From Boseongicola sp. (GTDB lineage: Bacteria > Pseudomonadota > Alphaproteobacteria > Rhodobacterales > Rhodobacteraceae), in the NCBI GenBank assembly GCA_029287375.1, contig JARFRG010000087.1, positions 1-49,988 of the forward strand: a DNA stretch of 49,988 nucleotides. Direction: 5' to 3'. This document shows, piece by piece, positions 47,657 to 49,988 of this stretch (the stretch's first letter is position 1; every line of letters starts with the position of its first letter). The position numbers were made by a program, and so were the translations under genes. Below the pieces are notes generated by a model that saw nothing but the letters and a program-made list of their open reading frames with translations, did not search any database and was not told the origin of the DNA.

Positions 47657-49988
47657 GCCCGCAAGCGGCGGCCCAAACGTGCTGCCGCGACCGCCCATGT
47701 CGTCAGGGCAATCACCGCAACGCCTCCCACGAACATCAAGAATGCCAGAGCCAAAGAGGCACCGCCGCCCAAAAATGCGGGTGCTGTGCCGTTTACAATG
47801 ACCGCGCCCATCGTCGCGGCGAACCATGCCGCCGACGCCATCGCAGTTGCCCCCAAAGCGACCTGCATGCCCGGTGCCCGCCCCGAAGATCCGCGCCGCG
47901 CCGCCCGCATCGTGCGCCCGAAATCATGCCCAATCGCCAAAAGCGCCGGAACAACCAGCAGCACAAGAACAAGGCCAAACCCAAGTCCATAGACAAGCGT
48001 GATAACTGTCGGTTTCAAAAACTGCGCCTGACTGGAGGTCTCATACAGCAAGGGCGCAAGTCCCAGCACTGTCGTGAGAGTCGTCAAAATAACGGGTCGC
48101 AACCGGTCCGCCGTTCCGTCGATGATCGCCGGAAATAACCCGCGCTCTTCCGCATATTCATCAATTGTCGTCACCAGAACAATGGAATCGTTGATCACAA
48201 TGCCAACCATGCCGATCAATCCAACGACCGAGAACATCGACAGCGGCACCTCCCAGACATAATGCCCCCAGATCGTGCCAACCAGTCCAAACGGTATGAT
48301 TGCCATCACAACCACAGGCCGCGACCAACTGCTGAACACCCAGGCGAGCGTCAGATAAATGCCCGCCAGACACAGGATCAGCCCGGTCAAAGCGTCTGAC
48401 AAAAAGTTCCGCTCGTCTTCGGCCAATCCCGACATGAATGTCGATATGCCAAAGTCTTCCTGCAATTTTGGCAGGATCTCTTCTCGTATTTGCGTGGAAA
48501 TCTCCTCGGCGCGGGCCGGATCATCCTCGGACAGATCCCCCGTCACAGACACTACGCGCAGACCGTTCTCCCGCCGAACGGTTGAAAATCCGGTGCGACT
48601 GTCGACCGTTACGATATCGGCCAACGGGACGTAGACACCCTCGCCCGGCGCCGCACTTCCGGTGCGCACCAACAACCGCTCAAGGAAATCGGCGGTCAAT
48701 TCTCCCGATGGCAATTCCACCCGGATTGTCGCCGATCGCGGCCCGTCGGGGAAACTTGCAGCCTCGATCCCGTTCAGACGCGCGCGCAAAATCTGCCCAA
48801 GATCATCAATCGTCAGACCCAGCGCCTGTCCCTGTGGCGTCAACTCAAGAACCACCTCTTCCTTGTCATAGGTCAGATTGTCCTCAAGCGCCGAAACCTC
48901 CCCAAACTGGGCCAGCTGGGTCTTCAAAGCCTCAGCCGCTTCTTTCAGTTCGCTCGACGTTGCCCCGGATAGTTCGACATCAATCGCATCGCCGCCCGGA
49001 CCGCCGCGCCAGCCGCGAAAGCTGATCGTTTCCAGCATCGGATGTTGCGGCATGGACTCCTGAAGCTCTGCCACGAAAGCAAAACTGGAATAGGGCCGCG
49101 CATCGGCTTCGATCAGTTCGATCGCAATTGATCCAAGCTGGTAGCTTTCCTTTGTCTCTTGCCCGGCCAACCCGCGCCCCGACGTGCCGCCAATCTCGGC
49201 AAGCGCATAGTCAATCGGGTTCGTGCCATGTTCGGCCTCATAGCGTGCGCCAACCTCATCCACTGTCATCTGAAGCCGACGCATGACCTCAAAGGTGTCT
49301 TGACGCGTCGCGCCCGGCACCATTGCAAAGTTACCGGTCACAGACCCTTGCTCCGGCGCGTTAAAAAACCGCCACTGAACATCACCGCGAATAAACAATA
49401 CCGCCTGACTGGCCAAAACCAGGACCACGCCTGCAATCACCGGATACCGCGCCCAGATCACGCCCGCCATCAGGGGCCGGAACACAGTCTCGCGGAAAAC
49501 CCGAAACCCCTTGTTCACCTGACGTGACGGCCAGTCATACCAATGATCTTTCGCCGCATGTGCCACCGCATGCCGCATATGGTTTGGCAGGATCAAAAAG
49601 CACTCGATCAGCGACGCGATCAGCACCACGATCACCGTAAACGGTATGTCCGAAATCAGGTCGCCGAACCTGCCGCCAATCGCAACAAGACCGAAAAACG
49701 CGATAATCGTTGTGACCGTCGCCGAAAACACCGGAGTGAACATCCGATTGGCTGCATTCTCGGCCGCCGTCGTTGGATCCTCGCCCAACCGACGCGCACG
49801 GAAATCCGCGTGCTCGCCCACCACAATCGCATCATCCACTACGATCCCAAGTGTGATAATCAGAGCAAACAGCGAAATCATATTCAGCGTCAAACCAAAG
49901 GCGTACATCATCGAAATCGCCGCGATCATCGCCACCGGAATACCCGCCGCCACCCAAAAGGCCGTCCGCGCATTCAGGAACAAAAACA
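47653..49988 (-). CDS. RND efflux permease (AcrB family), 5' end outside the window
   Basis: GIVVDDAIVVGE, GIVINDSIVL and RLRPVILT motifs. Confidence 0.93.
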   Translation of the reverse strand, partial: FLFLNARTAFWVAAGIPVAMIAAISMMYAFGLTLNMISLFALIITLGIVVDDAIVVGEHADFRARRLGEDPTTAAENAANRMFTPVFSATVTTIIAFFGLVAIGGRFGDLISDIPFTVIVVLIASLIECFLILPNHMRHAVAHAAKDHWYDWPSRQVNKGFRVFRETVFRPLMAGVIWARYPVIAGVVLVLASQAVLFIRGDVQWRFFNAPEQGSVTGNFAMVPGATRQDTFEVMRRLQMTVDEVGARYEAEHGTNPIDYALAEIGGTSGRGLAGQETKESYQLGSIAIELIEADARPYSSFAFVAELQESMPQHPMLETISFRGWRGGPGGDAIDVELSGATSSELKEAAEALKTQLAQFGEVSALEDNLTYDKEEVVLELTPQGQALGLTIDDLGQILRARLNGIEAASFPDGPRSATIRVELPSGELTADFLERLLVRTGSAAPGEGVYVPLADIVTVDSRTGFSTVRRENGLRVVSVTGDLSEDDPARAEEISTQIREEILPKLQEDFGISTFMSGLAEDERNFLSDALTGLILCLAGIYLTLAWVFSSWSRPVVVMAIIPFGLVGTIWGHYVWEVPLSMFSVVGLIGMVGIVINDSIVLVTTIDEYAEERGLFPAIIDGTADRLRPVILTTLTTVLGLAPLLYETSSQAQFLKPTVITLVYGLGFGLVLVLLVVPALLAIGHDFGRTMRAARRGSSGRAPGMQVALGATAMASAAWFAATMGAVIVNGTAPAFLGGGASLALAFLMFVGGVAVIALTTWAVAAARLGRRLRA

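Overview
GC-rich chromosomal segment of an alphaproteobacterium, most likely Rhodobacteraceae/Roseobacter group (inferred from gene content: TIGR02302, DUF2794, DUF3775, YcjX/YcjF, and CtrA, FnrL and alpha-type LexA boxes). It holds about 46 mostly housekeeping genes (apt, mtnP, asd, rppH, dnaE2, tag, lysA, ogt, ileS, truA, hemF, clpS). I saw no tRNA, rRNA, CRISPR array or transposase. The most interesting signals are: (1) an unannotated, apparently leaderless Ile-rich leader peptide (MVMQTANIIRITGPAL) with a hairpin directly upstream of ileS, a candidate ribosome-sensing attenuator; (2) three candidate minus-strand sRNAs, two with well-spaced sigma70-like promoters and one next to a perfect CtrA box; (3) an SOS-boxed dnaE2 with no adjacent imuAB, apparently lacking its C-terminal OB domain and bracketed by inverted copies of a dispersed palindromic repeat; (4) a carbonic anhydrase-sbtA-sbtB bicarbonate operon divergent from a His-less Hpt-like gene; (5) divergent HupE/UreJ and DUF4198 genes whose likely start codons overlap in one CATG. 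All family calls come from motif recognition, without database searches.
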